DNA of 248,000 nt from Hyalangium minutum (GTDB lineage Bacteria > Myxococcota > Myxococcia > Myxococcales > Myxococcaceae). This document shows, one piece after another, positions 81,023-91,573 of this stretch; the stretch's first letter is position 1; the number at the start of each line of letters is the position of its first letter. The DNA is taken from assembly GCF_000737315.1 (NCBI RefSeq), contig NZ_JMCB01000013.1, forward strand, positions 20,001 to 268,000, written 5' to 3'. Below the pieces are notes generated by a model. It was not told the origin of the DNA. It was given only the letters and a program-made list of their open reading frames with translations, and did no database searches. Made by a program: the position numbers and the translations under genes.

Positions 81023-81829
81023 ATGAACGAAACCCTGGTCTCGCTCGCCTGCCACGCGTACGGCTTTGCCGCGCTGGTGTACCTCACCTACCTGGCGCGC
81101 TCGTGGATGGCGCTGGCTGTCGTCGGGCGTGTGCTGGTGGGGGTGGGCCTCGTCCTCCATGGCGTGGCGCTGTTCTCGCTGCTGGGCGCACAAGGTGGGA
81201 TGCCCGTCGGCGCGGCGCAAGGATTCTCCACGCTGGCATTCCTGCTGCTGCTGTTCGGGCTGGTGTTGGACTTGCGCTACCGCAAGCCAGTCATTGGCGC
81301 CTTCATCACTCCGCTGGCGGTGACGGCGCTGGTGCCGGGGGTGCTGCTGCGGACGGGCCAGCCGCCGCTGACTCCCGCGCTGCGCCAGCCTTTGCTGCCG
81401 CTGCACATCACCCTTGCATTGGTGGGGATGGCGGCGTTCGCCGTGGCTGCAGGCGTGGGCGTCATGTACCTGCTCATGGAGCGAGAGGTGAGAGGCAAGC
81501 AGTTTGGCCTGTTGTTCTCCCGGCTGCCCTCGCTCGAGTTCCTGGACACGCTCAACAACCGGCTGGTGGTGGCGGGCTTCATCGCGCTGTCCATCACGCT
81601 GGCCACGGGGGCGTTCTTCGTCGCGGGCTCCAGCCAGGGGTTCACGTGGATGATGGATGCGAAGGTGCTGGCCACGCTGGTGGCGTGGGGGCTCTTCGCG
81701 GGGCTGGCGGGCGCGCGCGTGCTGGTGGGTTGGCGCGGGAGGCGCGTGGCGCTGCTGACGATGGCAGGCTTCGCGCTGGTGCTCGTGTCCTTCCTCTCCT
81801 CGTATGACTTCACCGGGGGGATGCGCTAG
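81023..81829 (+). CDS. Cytochrome c assembly CcsA/HemX-like membrane protein
   Basis: About 8 TM, conserved His, upstream of hemA. Confidence 0.8.
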   Translation: MNETLVSLACHAYGFAALVYLTYLARSWMALAVVGRVLVGVGLVLHGVALFSLLGAQGGMPVGAAQGFSTLAFLLLLFGLVLDLRYRKPVIGAFITPLAVTALVPGVLLRTGQPPLTPALRQPLLPLHITLALVGMAAFAVAAGVGVMYLLMEREVRGKQFGLLFSRLPSLEFLDTLNNRLVVAGFIALSITLATGAFFVAGSSQGFTWMMDAKVLATLVAWGLFAGLAGARVLVGWRGRRVALLTMAGFALVLVSFLSSYDFTGGMR

Positions 81830-81831
81830 CC

Positions 81832-83157
81832 ATGGAGCTCATCTGCATTGGGCTGTCGCACCAGACCGCTCCCCAGGATGTGCGCGGACGGCTCGCACTG
81901 GAGAAGCAGGGCCAGATGGAGCTGCTCCAGCGCCTGGCGCAGGCCCCCACCGAGGCCTTGCTCATCTCCACCTGCAACCGGGTGGAGCTCTATGTGATGT
82001 CTCCGGACACGGCCCAGTCGGCCCACCGCGCCCGGGAGGAGCTGAGCCGCGTGGGCGGGGCCGAGACGCTGTCCCACCTCTATGAGCACCATGGGGCCGG
82101 TGCGCTGGAGCACCTGTTCCGCGTGGCCTCCAGCCTGGAGTCCATGGTGCTGGGCGAGGCGCAGATCCTCGGTCAGGTGAAGGAGTCCTTCGAACTGGGG
82201 CAGAGCGTCGGCGCGGTGCGCGGCGGGCTCACGCGCGTGTGCGCGGCGGCGTTCACCTGCGCCAAGCGCGCGCGCAACGAGACGGCGATTGGCCGCGCGG
82301 CCACCTCCATGGCCTCGGCGGCGGTGGCGCTGGCCACCAAGGTGTTCGATCAGCTGTCGGACAAGACGGCGGTGGTGATCGGCGCGGGCGAGATGGGCGA
82401 GCTGGCGGCGAAGCACCTGAAGCAGGCGAAGATCGGTCGGCTCATCATCACCAACCGGACGCTGGCCCGCGCGCAGGCGCTGGCGGAGAAGCTGGAGGGT
82501 GCGACGGCCCGTCCCCTCGAGGACCTGAGCGCGCTTCTGAAAGAGGCGGATGTGGTGGTGTGCGTGACGGGCGCTCAGGAGCCGCTGCTGACGAAGGAGA
82601 ACGTGGGCGCGGTGGGCCGGGCGCGCCGGTTCCGGCCGCTGTTCCTGGTGGACCTGTCAGTGCCTCGGAACATCGCGCCCGAGGTCTCCGAGCTGGACTG
82701 GGTGACGTCCTTCAACGTGGATGACATCCAGAAGTTCGTCGAGAAGAACGCGGCCGCGCGAGCCGAGGGCGCGCAGCAGGCCGGCGTCATCGTCATCCAG
82801 GAGGTGTCGCGCTTCATCCAGGACCGGGCGGTGCGCGAGGGCGTGCCGGTGCTGGCGCGGCTGCGGCAGCGGGCCGAGCAGATCGCCAAGGCCGAGGTGG
82901 AGAAGACACTGGCGGCGATGGGCGATGGGCTCACCGAGAAGCAGCGCAAGAGCATCGAGGCCATGGGCCGCGCCATCGTCAACAAGCTGCTGCACGAGCC
83001 CACCGCGAAGCTGCGCGCCGTGGGGCCCGAGAAGGAAGACAGCCACCGGCTCGCGGGCGCCGCGGCCGAGCTGTTCGGGCTGATCGATGAGCCCGCTCCG
83101 AATCCCTCGGAGCCCGAGGGACCCACGGCCGCCGTGGCCCATGGAGGCAAGCGATGA
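81832..83157 (+). CDS. hemA: Glutamyl-tRNA reductase
   Basis: [22 protein letters not shown]. Confidence 0.96.
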   Translation: MELICIGLSHQTAPQDVRGRLALEKQGQMELLQRLAQAPTEALLISTCNRVELYVMSPDTAQSAHRAREELSRVGGAETLSHLYEHHGAGALEHLFRVASSLESMVLGEAQILGQVKESFELGQSVGAVRGGLTRVCAAAFTCAKRARNETAIGRAATSMASAAVALATKVFDQLSDKTAVVIGAGEMGELAAKHLKQAKIGRLIITNRTLARAQALAEKLEGATARPLEDLSALLKEADVVVCVTGAQEPLLTKENVGAVGRARRFRPLFLVDLSVPRNIAPEVSELDWVTSFNVDDIQKFVEKNAAARAEGAQQAGVIVIQEVSRFIQDRAVREGVPVLARLRQRAEQIAKAEVEKTLAAMGDGLTEKQRKSIEAMGRAIVNKLLHEPTAKLRAVGPEKEDSHRLAGAAAELFGLIDEPAPNPSEPEGPTAAVAHGGKR

Positions 83158-84098
83158 CCCGCGCGGTGCGGATTGCTACCCGTCAGAGCCCGCTCGCACT
83201 GTGGCAGGCCCGCCACGTGGCGGCGCTGCTCAGGTCCCACCACACAGGGCTCGAGGTGTCCCTGGTGGAGATGACTACAGAGGGCGACCGGTTCCTCTCG
83301 GCGCCGCTGTCCGCCGTGGGCGGCAAGGGCCTGTTCGTGAAGGAGATCGAGCAGTGCTTGATCGATGGGCGCGCGGACATCGCCGTGCACAGCCTCAAGG
83401 ACATGACGTCCGTGCTGCCCGAGGGCCTGATGCTCGCGGCGGTGCCGGTGCGCGAGGACCCGCGCGACGCGTTCTGCAGCCCCACGGGGCTCACGCTGGA
83501 CACGCTGCCCCAGGGCGCGAAGGTGGGGACCTCCTCGCTGCGCCGCAGTTGCATCCTGCGCTCGCGGCGGCCGGATCTGGAGATCGTCAGCCTGCGCGGC
83601 AACGTGCAGACGCGGCTGCAGAAGACGAGAGAGATGGGGCTGGCGGGCGCGATGCTGGCCAGCGCGGGGCTCCGCCGTCTGGGCCTGGAGAAGGAGATCA
83701 CCGAGGTGGTGCCGACCGAGGTGAGTCTGCCGGCGGTGGGGCAGGGCGTGCTGGCGATCCAGTGCCGCACGAACGATGCAGAGGTCCGGGCGCTGCTCGC
83801 GCCGCTGGAGGATGCGGTGACGCGCATCGCCGTGACAGCCGAGCGGGCGCTCCTGGCGAAGCTGGAGGGTGGCTGCACGGTGCCGATGGCGGGCCACGCC
83901 ACGGTGAAGGCCGGCGAGGTGCACCTGCGCGGCTTCGTGGGGCGTCCGGACGGCTCGAGGGTGGTGGCCGGCGAGGTCCGCGGCCCGGTGAGCAACGCCC
84001 ACGCGCTGGGGGATGCGCTCGCGGATGAACTGCTCTCGCGCGGCGCCCAGGAGATCCTCCGCGACTTTGGGCGTACCGGGTTTGTTCCGAACTCCTGA
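83154..84098 (+). CDS. hemC: Hydroxymethylbilane synthase
   Basis: [26 protein letters not shown]. Confidence 0.97.
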   Translation: MTRAVRIATRQSPLALWQARHVAALLRSHHTGLEVSLVEMTTEGDRFLSAPLSAVGGKGLFVKEIEQCLIDGRADIAVHSLKDMTSVLPEGLMLAAVPVREDPRDAFCSPTGLTLDTLPQGAKVGTSSLRRSCILRSRRPDLEIVSLRGNVQTRLQKTREMGLAGAMLASAGLRRLGLEKEITEVVPTEVSLPAVGQGVLAIQCRTNDAEVRALLAPLEDAVTRIAVTAERALLAKLEGGCTVPMAGHATVKAGEVHLRGFVGRPDGSRVVAGEVRGPVSNAHALGDALADELLSRGAQEILRDFGRTGFVPNS

Positions 84099-84212
84099 GG
84101 AGGCAGAGCCTCAGAACCAGAGAGCGGCTGCCTCCACTTGAGTGGAACCGGTGAGCGGCTACTTGGGGCGCGGCTATCATGCCCGGCAGGATGGCGCCTG
84201 TGGGAGGGCCTC

Positions 84213-84454
84213 ATGAGATGGAAGCCGGTGGTCTGCGCGGTGTGGCTGGTGGGGTAACAGGGTGCCCTCATTCCTTCGGGCGTGGGGGAACCATTGAGCG
84301 CGCCGCAGCCAAAGACACCCGGGAAACCTACGGCCCGCAGTTCCCCCCGTGTACGGAGGAAGTGCGAAAACAACTCTGCCCTATGGGCCAAGACCCCAGC
84401 GCCAAATGCCTGCAGGTGTGTGGCGAAGAACTGGATGAGGGAGAGGACTGGTGA
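84213..84454 (+). pseudogene. Small Cys-containing lipoprotein, frameshifted at the GGGG run 84251-84254
   Basis: RBS + MRWKPVVCAVWLVG then TAA; an extra G restores VTGCPHSFG..., matching the paralog at 216073-216285. Confidence 0.7.
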
Positions 84455-85350
84455 AGTGGCGTGGCGTGCTTGTAGCCGGGCTGGGAGGAGCCTTGGTGCT
84501 CCCCCTCGCTTGGCTCGTGTGGGTCGCGCTGTATGCGGCGCCCCAACTTCCAGGCCCTGCCATGGTGAAGCTCGGCCCGGTGCTCACCCACGAGCAGCGC
84601 AGGAGCTTGCGCACATACCACCGTGGCTGCCGCACCACGGCAGACTGCGATCCGCCGCTGGGGTGTCTCGACGACTTACGCTACTTGCGGCGCTTCTGCA
84701 CCGACAGCGAGTGCATGACGGATGGGCAGTGCCCTGAAGGTCATGTCTGCCGTGTCGTGCAGACAGCGAAGGGGCCCTGGCTCAAGCAATGTGTCTTGCT
84801 GGGCGTCCGAGGGGAAGGGGAGCGGTGCTACCAAACACCCCCGCGGACTGTGCAGGCGTGCCGTGACGGGTTGCTGTGCGCGGGAGATGGATGGTGCGGG
84901 CGGCCGTGCCGCCCAGAGCAGGCCGCCAGTTGCCCCGAGGGCTTCTTTTGCGCAGACATAGAGCCGGAGCCCGCATGCTTGCCCACATGCGAGGAGCGGG
85001 GATGTCCGGAGGGGCAGGAGTGCATGCGCGGCAGCCAGGAAGACATTGCCTCCACCTGCGCGGTGGTGCATGGCCACAACTGCCAGAAGAGTTCGTGTCC
85101 TGAGGGCTTCTGGTGCGAGGACTTCCTCATCCCTGCGCGTCCCGGAGAGGCTTGGGTGCGCTGTGCCCAGAGCTGCTTGGAGCCGGATTCGCCTCCGTGC
85201 CCGTCTGGCGAGGTGTGTTCCCTCATCTCCTGTGAGCGTCTTTGCTCCCCGGAGCAGACCGGCGCATGCGGCGAGGGCTTCCACTGCATCCAGGTGCAGG
85301 AGGACGGGCCCTGGCTCTGCAAGCCGGAGTGGTACCGCCCACGCGAGTAG
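84451..85350 (+). CDS. Membrane-anchored Cys-rich repeat protein
   Basis: N-terminal TM, many Cys; paralog of 215195-216094. Confidence 0.8.
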   Translation: MKWRGVLVAGLGGALVLPLAWLVWVALYAAPQLPGPAMVKLGPVLTHEQRRSLRTYHRGCRTTADCDPPLGCLDDLRYLRRFCTDSECMTDGQCPEGHVCRVVQTAKGPWLKQCVLLGVRGEGERCYQTPPRTVQACRDGLLCAGDGWCGRPCRPEQAASCPEGFFCADIEPEPACLPTCEERGCPEGQECMRGSQEDIASTCAVVHGHNCQKSSCPEGFWCEDFLIPARPGEAWVRCAQSCLEPDSPPCPSGEVCSLISCERLCSPEQTGACGEGFHCIQVQEDGPWLCKPEWYRPRE

Positions 85351-85454
85351 TTTCAGGTGAGCGGTGGAACAACCTAGGGGGTGAGGGGATGCACACCCGC
85401 CTCAGGAGGGAGGCGGACGTCTGACGTTCCGTGTAGAGTGAGAGACTCGGGAGG

Positions 85455-86435
85455 TTGTCCGTGTCTCTGTGGCCCGTCCGCGCCGTGCTGGTGCTCGTCC
85501 TGCTGTGGGGGTGGCCTTCACAGGCGCAACCCCGCTCCGAAGAACCTCCGCAGTCCCCGCGGCAGCTGGAGCTTCCGCCGCTTCGGGGCGTTGCCGCTGT
85601 GAATGTGGCACCGGGCATGCCCACGACGCTCCTGTTCAACGCGCCGCTGGACCGGAGCGCGGTGGAGCGCGCGGCCCATGAGCTGGGCCTGGCCCGGGTG
85701 GCCGTGGCGGAGGACACGCTGACGGTGGTGCCCGCTATGGGGGCGCAGGCAGGCACACGGCTGCGGCTGCCGGTGCGGTTCGCGGAAGGCTCCACGCAGG
85801 AGGGCGAGGTCGTGGTGTTCGTCGTGGATCCGCTGAACGCGGAGGCGCACGTGGAGGTGACGCGTCGCATGCGCACCGTCCCCGCCCTGGAAGAGGCGCT
85901 GGCCGCCGAGCGTGCGCGGTCCGCCTCGCAGGCGGCGGAGCTGGCCGCCAGGGACGTGCAGGTGGCGGAGTTGCACGCCGCCCAGGGAGATCTGGCGGGG
86001 CTGATCGAGGCTGGCACTCTGGGGCCGGAAGGCATCTCCGTCCAGCAAGTGCAGACTGACGGTTGGTACCTCGCTCCTGGCTTCCGTGCAGGGACCGCTC
86101 AGCTCTATGTGACCGCCGGGCGCAGGGCCCTGGTCGCGGAGCTCCACCTCCTTGCGGGTGAACGCCCGTGGGCGCCCGCAGGGGCCACGCTGCAACCTGT
86201 GTCGGCTGGAACGCTGGAACGCTGGAACGCACGAGTGGTGCGGCTATTGGGAACAGACGTGATCACGCCCGGTGGCCGAGCCCTCCTCGTGGTGGAGTTT
86301 GAGGTGCCCGTGGGTGGCTTGGCGCAGGAGTACCGGATGACGGTGCGGGAACAAGAGGGGCTGCGGGCGTTCGTGCTTCGGGTTCGCGAGAGCCCGCCTG
86401 GGCGCAGGGGGGAAGCCAGAGGAGGCAGGCCATGA
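85455..86435 (+). CDS. DUF2381 family protein
   Basis: T.LLFNAPL, L...F.EG, PW.P.GA.L pattern next to a kinase. Confidence 0.75.
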   Translation: MSVSLWPVRAVLVLVLLWGWPSQAQPRSEEPPQSPRQLELPPLRGVAAVNVAPGMPTTLLFNAPLDRSAVERAAHELGLARVAVAEDTLTVVPAMGAQAGTRLRLPVRFAEGSTQEGEVVVFVVDPLNAEAHVEVTRRMRTVPALEEALAAERARSASQAAELAARDVQVAELHAAQGDLAGLIEAGTLGPEGISVQQVQTDGWYLAPGFRAGTAQLYVTAGRRALVAELHLLAGERPWAPAGATLQPVSAGTLERWNARVVRLLGTDVITPGGRALLVVEFEVPVGGLAQEYRMTVREQEGLRAFVLRVRESPPGRRGEARGGRP

Positions 86436-88405
86436 GTCAACACAGGCGGCTCCCTTCGGCGGACGCCGAAGAGGTCCCGGTCCCAGCCGAGCTGCTGCAG
86501 GGAACAGAGGTGAACGGCTTCCGGCTCGTGCGGTATCTGGACCAAGGGGGCTATGGGTGTGTGTGGGTGGCGGAAAACATTCACTGTCCTGGCCAGTACT
86601 GCGCGCTGAAGTTCTGCCTGCACTCACCCGAGGAGGACCCGACGGCGGACGCCCGGGCGCTGCGCGAGGTCCAGTTGCTGCTCCAGGCAGCGCACCCCAA
86701 CGTGCGCGGAGTTCTGGGCCATGGGCGGTGGCCCAACGCGAAGACGGGCATCGTCTACATCATCCTGGAGTGGGTGGAGGGGGCCACGTTGCTGGAGTGG
86801 GCACGCCAGGCCAATCCCTCCTTCCGTCAGGTGGTGCACCTGGCTCAGAAACTCGCGCGGGCGCTCCAAGAGGCCCATGAGCGGCAGGTCATGCACCGCG
86901 ACGTGAAGCCGGACAACGTGCTGGTGCGAGCGGTGGACGGGGAGCCCTTCCTGTCGGACTTCGGGATGGGGCAGACTGAGCGCAGCACCCCGCTCACCTG
87001 GGGCGGAGCCCCCCCTGGCACCCGGAGTTACCTCAGCCCCGAGGCGCTGGCGTTCTCGCCGCGTTGGGGGAAGCGCACCTACCGCTTCCGGCCCGCGGAT
87101 GACTGGTACGCGCTGGGGGTGACGCTCTATCAACTGCTCACGGAGGTGCTTCCGTTTCCGGACGAGGGCATGGGCAGGGAGTCGGTGCGGGGGATGGCGC
87201 TGCGGCAACCCGTTCCTCCGCACCTGCTCAATCCCCGGGTGCCCCTGCCGCTGAGCCGGGTGGTGATGCGGATGCTGAGCAGCCGCCTCCAAGGGCGCTA
87301 CCGCGATGGGAGGGCACTGTGTGAGGCCCTGGAGAGGGGACTTTCAGGGGCGGGTGTCTGGGATACGCCTGTGTATGAGCCCCACCCGCCCCAGCAACAG
87401 GGACAGACACCGACGCAGGAACCCACCCCAGGGGATGGCCCCCCTGCACAAGATGAAGAGGTGGCCTGGAATCACGCCGTCAAGCCGCAGCACGCACTGG
87501 AGGAGCAGCGGCGGGCCGTTGTGCTCAGCCGGCGCGACGCACTGCTGCCACGCCAGGCCAGAGCCTGGGGCCGGGTGGCACGATGGAGCCGGAGGACCCT
87601 GGCGCTGGTGGCGGTGGCCATGATGGCCTGGGTTGCATGGCGCTCGGCAGGGGCTCTGTTCCCTGGCGCCGGGAGCACCCCCGAGCAGGCCCCCCGCTCA
87701 GCTTTGGCTGCCCGGGAAGCGCCTTTTCTTTCACCTGCGGACGAACCGGCCCCAGAGTTTGTTGCGGTATTTCCCTCTCAACCCAGCCTGACGCCTGTCA
87801 CCGCCCGTGCTGAGAAAACTTTGAAGGACGACAGCCCCATGGAGACACCCAAGAGTTCATTGCCGAGCCCGCCTGCTGCCACTTCCCCACGTCCGCGCGG
87901 CGCTGGGGGCGCCCGGAAGGCGGCCTTGTGCGCTGCGGGTGTGATCGCCACGGGCTGCTCAGGCATCCCGTTGCGGCCGTCGGCTCAGGAGTGTCCGCCC
88001 GCAGCCATTCAGAACATGCGGGCGCGGCGCATCGGGGTGAAGCGAGGCATGCAGATCAAACTGGATGTGACCGGTCCTGAGGGAGAAGTCCAACTCAAGG
88101 CGGGACAGAAGGTGGTGAGCGAATCGCGAGACAACACAGGTTTCATAGGTCCCGGTGGGGTTCCCGAGGACGGCACCCTCCTGTACGGCAAGGTGGTCGC
88201 AGGGGGAGAGGGGCTTTTCTTCGTCCGCTATGAGGAGGCGCTCTTTCCGGGCGAATCAGAGAAGGTCCCTATCTGCGCTCACGCCGCTGATGCAGGCACT
88301 AACTGGTATGCGCTCACAGCGGAGCCCGGCTCGACGAACGAGATCTTCACCACCTTGAATAACAGCACCGCCATCTTCTTGCTCCAGTTTCCCGGCGAGC
88401 CGTGA
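86432..88405 (+). CDS. Ser/Thr protein kinase with TM and C-terminal domain
   Basis: GGYG, ALK, HRDVKPDN, DFG. Confidence 0.9.
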   Translation: MSQHRRLPSADAEEVPVPAELLQGTEVNGFRLVRYLDQGGYGCVWVAENIHCPGQYCALKFCLHSPEEDPTADARALREVQLLLQAAHPNVRGVLGHGRWPNAKTGIVYIILEWVEGATLLEWARQANPSFRQVVHLAQKLARALQEAHERQVMHRDVKPDNVLVRAVDGEPFLSDFGMGQTERSTPLTWGGAPPGTRSYLSPEALAFSPRWGKRTYRFRPADDWYALGVTLYQLLTEVLPFPDEGMGRESVRGMALRQPVPPHLLNPRVPLPLSRVVMRMLSSRLQGRYRDGRALCEALERGLSGAGVWDTPVYEPHPPQQQGQTPTQEPTPGDGPPAQDEEVAWNHAVKPQHALEEQRRAVVLSRRDALLPRQARAWGRVARWSRRTLALVAVAMMAWVAWRSAGALFPGAGSTPEQAPRSALAAREAPFLSPADEPAPEFVAVFPSQPSLTPVTARAEKTLKDDSPMETPKSSLPSPPAATSPRPRGAGGARKAALCAAGVIATGCSGIPLRPSAQECPPAAIQNMRARRIGVKRGMQIKLDVTGPEGEVQLKAGQKVVSESRDNTGFIGPGGVPEDGTLLYGKVVAGGEGLFFVRYEEALFPGESEKVPICAHAADAGTNWYALTAEPGSTNEIFTTLNNSTAIFLLQFPGEP

Positions 88406-88450
88406 AGCCCCCGCGCGTCGCCTGCAGCCCAATCTCCCCACTCACAGGGT

Positions 88451-89704
88451 ATGGCGGCTGGCGGCTTTTTCATGTTACTCTCTGGGTATGAAGACGCGGC
88501 AGAACCCCTGAAGTCGTCTTCATGTTGGCCCTCACCCCATGGCCCAGCCGCCGTGGACCTTCCCAGGAGTGCATGCATGCCCACTCGAGCTGCCACCTAT
88601 TCCCTGTCTCCGGAAGCCCCTCGCTTCACCGTGGGCTCGCGTACCTACGCCGCCGTTCGCAGCCTGGGGCCGTACGGCGTGGGGGAGCGCTTCCTCGCGC
88701 GCCCCGTGGACGCTGGGGAGCCGGGAGCGCTGGTGCTGATCCAACGGCTGCATGCCACACCCAGCGAGGGAGATCGCCGGCGGCTGCTGGAGGAAGCGCG
88801 GCTGCTGCGTCTGTTGAATCACCCCAGCATTCCGCGCGTGCTCGCGGTGGCGCCGGGCGCGCAGCGTCCGTGGGTGGCGCTGGAGTATGTGGAGGGCATG
88901 TCCCTGGAGCGGGTATTGAACCGGGCCGTCGTGAGGCGCCAGCCGATGTCGGCGCCGTTCGCGGCCTCTGTCGTCGCCCAGGTGGCGGATGCGCTCCACG
89001 CCGCGCATGGGCTGGAGGATGAGCGCGGGCAGTTGCTCCACCTCGTTCACCGGGACGTCTGTCCGCGCCATATCTTTCTGACCCGCGATGGAGAGGTTCA
89101 GCTCACCGCCTTTGGCGCGGCGTTCACCACGCGTCCAGGGCGTCCTGCCACGCCGGGCCTGCTCGTGAAGGGGACCGGGGAGTACTCGGCGCCCGAGGTC
89201 CTGGTGCACCGGGTGCCGGACGCCCGCGCGGACATCTTCTCCCTGGGGCTCATCTTGCTGGAGCTGCTCAGCAACCGCTATCTGCTGGATCCTTCGGATG
89301 AGGGCGTGCCGCGCGCCCTGCCCGGTCACCTGGCGAAGCTGGAGAACAGACTCCGGGCCGAGGATCCGGGCTGGGCGCCGCCCGCGCACCTGGCGGCCCG
89401 TGCCGAGCACTTGCGGCCAGAGGACGTGGAGCGTGTGACTGCCGGGGCGCCTGCCGCACTGCGCGCCGTGGTGCTCCGGGCCCTGCGGCTCCAGCCGGAG
89501 GAGCGGTACGCTTCCGCCTTGACCCTGCGGGATGAGCTGCACGGCTTCCTCGCGCAGCAGGCCCAGCCCTACGGCAAAGAGGAGCGGCTGGCGGAACTGC
89601 AGAGGCGGATCTCCACACGGGGGTATCGCCGGGAAGGCGTGGAGACGAGCCAGGAGCCGGTGCCTGCAGAGTTCCGGCGCCCCCGCGCTGGAATGGAGGG
89701 CTGA
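88451..89704 (+). CDS. Ser/Thr kinase-fold protein, probable pseudokinase
   Basis: LIQR at VAIK position, HRDVCPRH, TAFG at DFG position. Confidence 0.75.
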   Translation: MAAGGFFMLLSGYEDAAEPLKSSSCWPSPHGPAAVDLPRSACMPTRAATYSLSPEAPRFTVGSRTYAAVRSLGPYGVGERFLARPVDAGEPGALVLIQRLHATPSEGDRRRLLEEARLLRLLNHPSIPRVLAVAPGAQRPWVALEYVEGMSLERVLNRAVVRRQPMSAPFAASVVAQVADALHAAHGLEDERGQLLHLVHRDVCPRHIFLTRDGEVQLTAFGAAFTTRPGRPATPGLLVKGTGEYSAPEVLVHRVPDARADIFSLGLILLELLSNRYLLDPSDEGVPRALPGHLAKLENRLRAEDPGWAPPAHLAARAEHLRPEDVERVTAGAPAALRAVVLRALRLQPEERYASALTLRDELHGFLAQQAQPYGKEERLAELQRRISTRGYRREGVETSQEPVPAEFRRPRAGMEG

Positions 89705-89788
89705 CAGCCCCCATCGCTTGTGGGTGGGCAACTCCCCACCCATGTCGATGCGCCGTTTGGCAGCGACACCTGCGGCGCGGCTGGGCGC

Positions 89789-90667
89789 TCAGTGCATCGG
89801 TCCGGTGGGAGGCATGGGTTCGAAGACGATCAGCTGCGGGCTGTAGAGGAACCCTTCATCCGCGCGTGGCTGACGGAACTTCCACTGCAACTCTTCGTCC
89901 ACCAGCATGTCCCCCGCTTTGAATCGCACCCCCGTGGAGTGCATCGTGTCGAAGGTGCTCCTGAAGAGCCGATAGATGTTCCGGACATCCTGGTCTCTGT
90001 CGATGTGCAGGGCCAGGTCTGGCATGTTGAGCCGTGGGGCGCCGCAGGTGCGAACCCAGAGCCCTTCGTGGCCCTCCACCTGCAGTGTCACGAAGCCAAT
90101 AAACAAGGTCATCCACGGCAAGGTGCTCAGCACCTGCTCCAGCTCTTCTCCAGGCTGGGGAGCGAGCCGCACCACCGGACAGGAGGTGCACGCGTTCGGG
90201 TTCAGCACGACGGAGGCCCCCAAGGGCAGCAGCCCCACCGCGATCTTCGCCAGGGCTCGGTATTGCTCCAAGGGCGACCGCTCCTGGCCCTTGTAGATGA
90301 GGATGGCATGCGCGGTGTGCGCATGGGCCTGCTCCTTCCACGCATCTTCGTAGAGCAGCGCGGTGTTGACCGTCTGCTCCAGCAGGTCCGCGGGCGCGGG
90401 CACGCTCAGGAACCCCACATACACGGTGTGCTGTGCCCACTGCACCAGGGCCAGTTGCTCCATCAATCCCACGCTGGGGCCTTCGATGGGGATCCTCATC
90501 TCCACGCGGACGTGCGCCAGAGACGGGTGCACCTTCTGGAGCATGCGCGTGAAGGTGTCCGCGAAGGGCCAGACGGCGCGCGGGAACAAGACTTGAAGGT
90601 TCAAAGGCGGCTCTTGCTGGGAGGCAAGCGCCCTGTTCCTGGCTCGGAGTAACTTTCGAAGTCCCAC
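89789..90667 (-). CDS. DUF4261-like protein
   Basis: W.RTCG...LNMPDL C-terminal pattern. Confidence 0.6.
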   Translation of the reverse strand: MGLRKLLRARNRALASQQEPPLNLQVLFPRAVWPFADTFTRMLQKVHPSLAHVRVEMRIPIEGPSVGLMEQLALVQWAQHTVYVGFLSVPAPADLLEQTVNTALLYEDAWKEQAHAHTAHAILIYKGQERSPLEQYRALAKIAVGLLPLGASVVLNPNACTSCPVVRLAPQPGEELEQVLSTLPWMTLFIGFVTLQVEGHEGLWVRTCGAPRLNMPDLALHIDRDQDVRNIYRLFRSTFDTMHSTGVRFKAGDMLVDEELQWKFRQPRADEGFLYSPQLIVFEPMPPTGPMH

Positions 90668-90799
90668 GGATCCTCCCCATGAAGGCGGGCCGCTCGTGCC
90701 CCACCTGTTGGGTGGGGAGGAACGCAGAAATCACGCGCGAAGTCCAGGGGCAGAATCCGCTTCAAGGCGCTCTGGTGACCTGGGCTAGAGTCCGCGCCC

Positions 90800-91561
90800 G
90801 TGGAACGGCGACTCGAAGGCAAGCGCGTCCTGGTCACGCGCCCGAAAGAGCGGGTGGAAGAGCTGTGCTTCCTCCTGGAGGACGAGGGTGCGGAGGTGCT
90901 CAGCCTCCCCTTGCTGGAGTTGCGTCCTCCCGAGGATCCCCGGCCGCTCATGGCCGCTGCGGAGTCCATTCAGCGCTACCGGTGGGTGGTGTTCGCCAGC
91001 CCCTCGGCTGTGGAGGCGTTGATGGAGGCCTTGCGCGAGGCGGGCACGGCGGACCTCATGGGCCGCGTGCGCGTGGCGGCGGTGGGGCCACGCACGGCCC
91101 GTGTGGCCGAGAGCTACGGCTTGAAGGTGGCCGCCGAGCCCACCGAGTCCACGGGCCTGGGGCTCTTCGAGGCGCTCCGGTCCGAGCTTCACCCGGACGA
91201 CGAGGTGCTCCTGCCCGCCGCCGAGGAGGGGCGCCGCGAGCTGGAGCTGGCGCTGCGTGAGCAAGGCGTGCGTGTCACCCGGGTGACGGCGTACCGGACC
91301 ACGCCCGCCGCGTTGCCTCCCGAGGCCCAGGAGCTGCTGCGCACCGCTCCGCCGGACGTGGTGCTCTTCGCCTCGCCGCGCACGGTGGAGGTGTTCCTGG
91401 AGGCCGCCGGCCGCGAGCGGCTGGAGCAGGCCCGGGTGGTGGCCATTGGCCCGACGACTGCGGGCGCGCTGGCCCGGCTGGGCATCGAGGTGGCTGCGGT
91501 GGCCGAGCAGCCCACCCCTGAAGGGCTCGTGGACGCCGCGAGCCGAGCCATTCACGGGTAA
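90800..91561 (+). CDS. hemD: Uroporphyrinogen-III synthase
   Basis: VLVTRP, FASPSAV, AIGPTTA. Confidence 0.92.
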   Translation: MERRLEGKRVLVTRPKERVEELCFLLEDEGAEVLSLPLLELRPPEDPRPLMAAAESIQRYRWVVFASPSAVEALMEALREAGTADLMGRVRVAAVGPRTARVAESYGLKVAAEPTESTGLGLFEALRSELHPDDEVLLPAAEEGRRELELALREQGVRVTRVTAYRTTPAALPPEAQELLRTAPPDVVLFASPRTVEVFLEAAGRERLEQARVVAIGPTTAGALARLGIEVAAVAEQPTPEGLVDAASRAIHG

Positions 91562-91573
91562 GCTGGGGCCACC

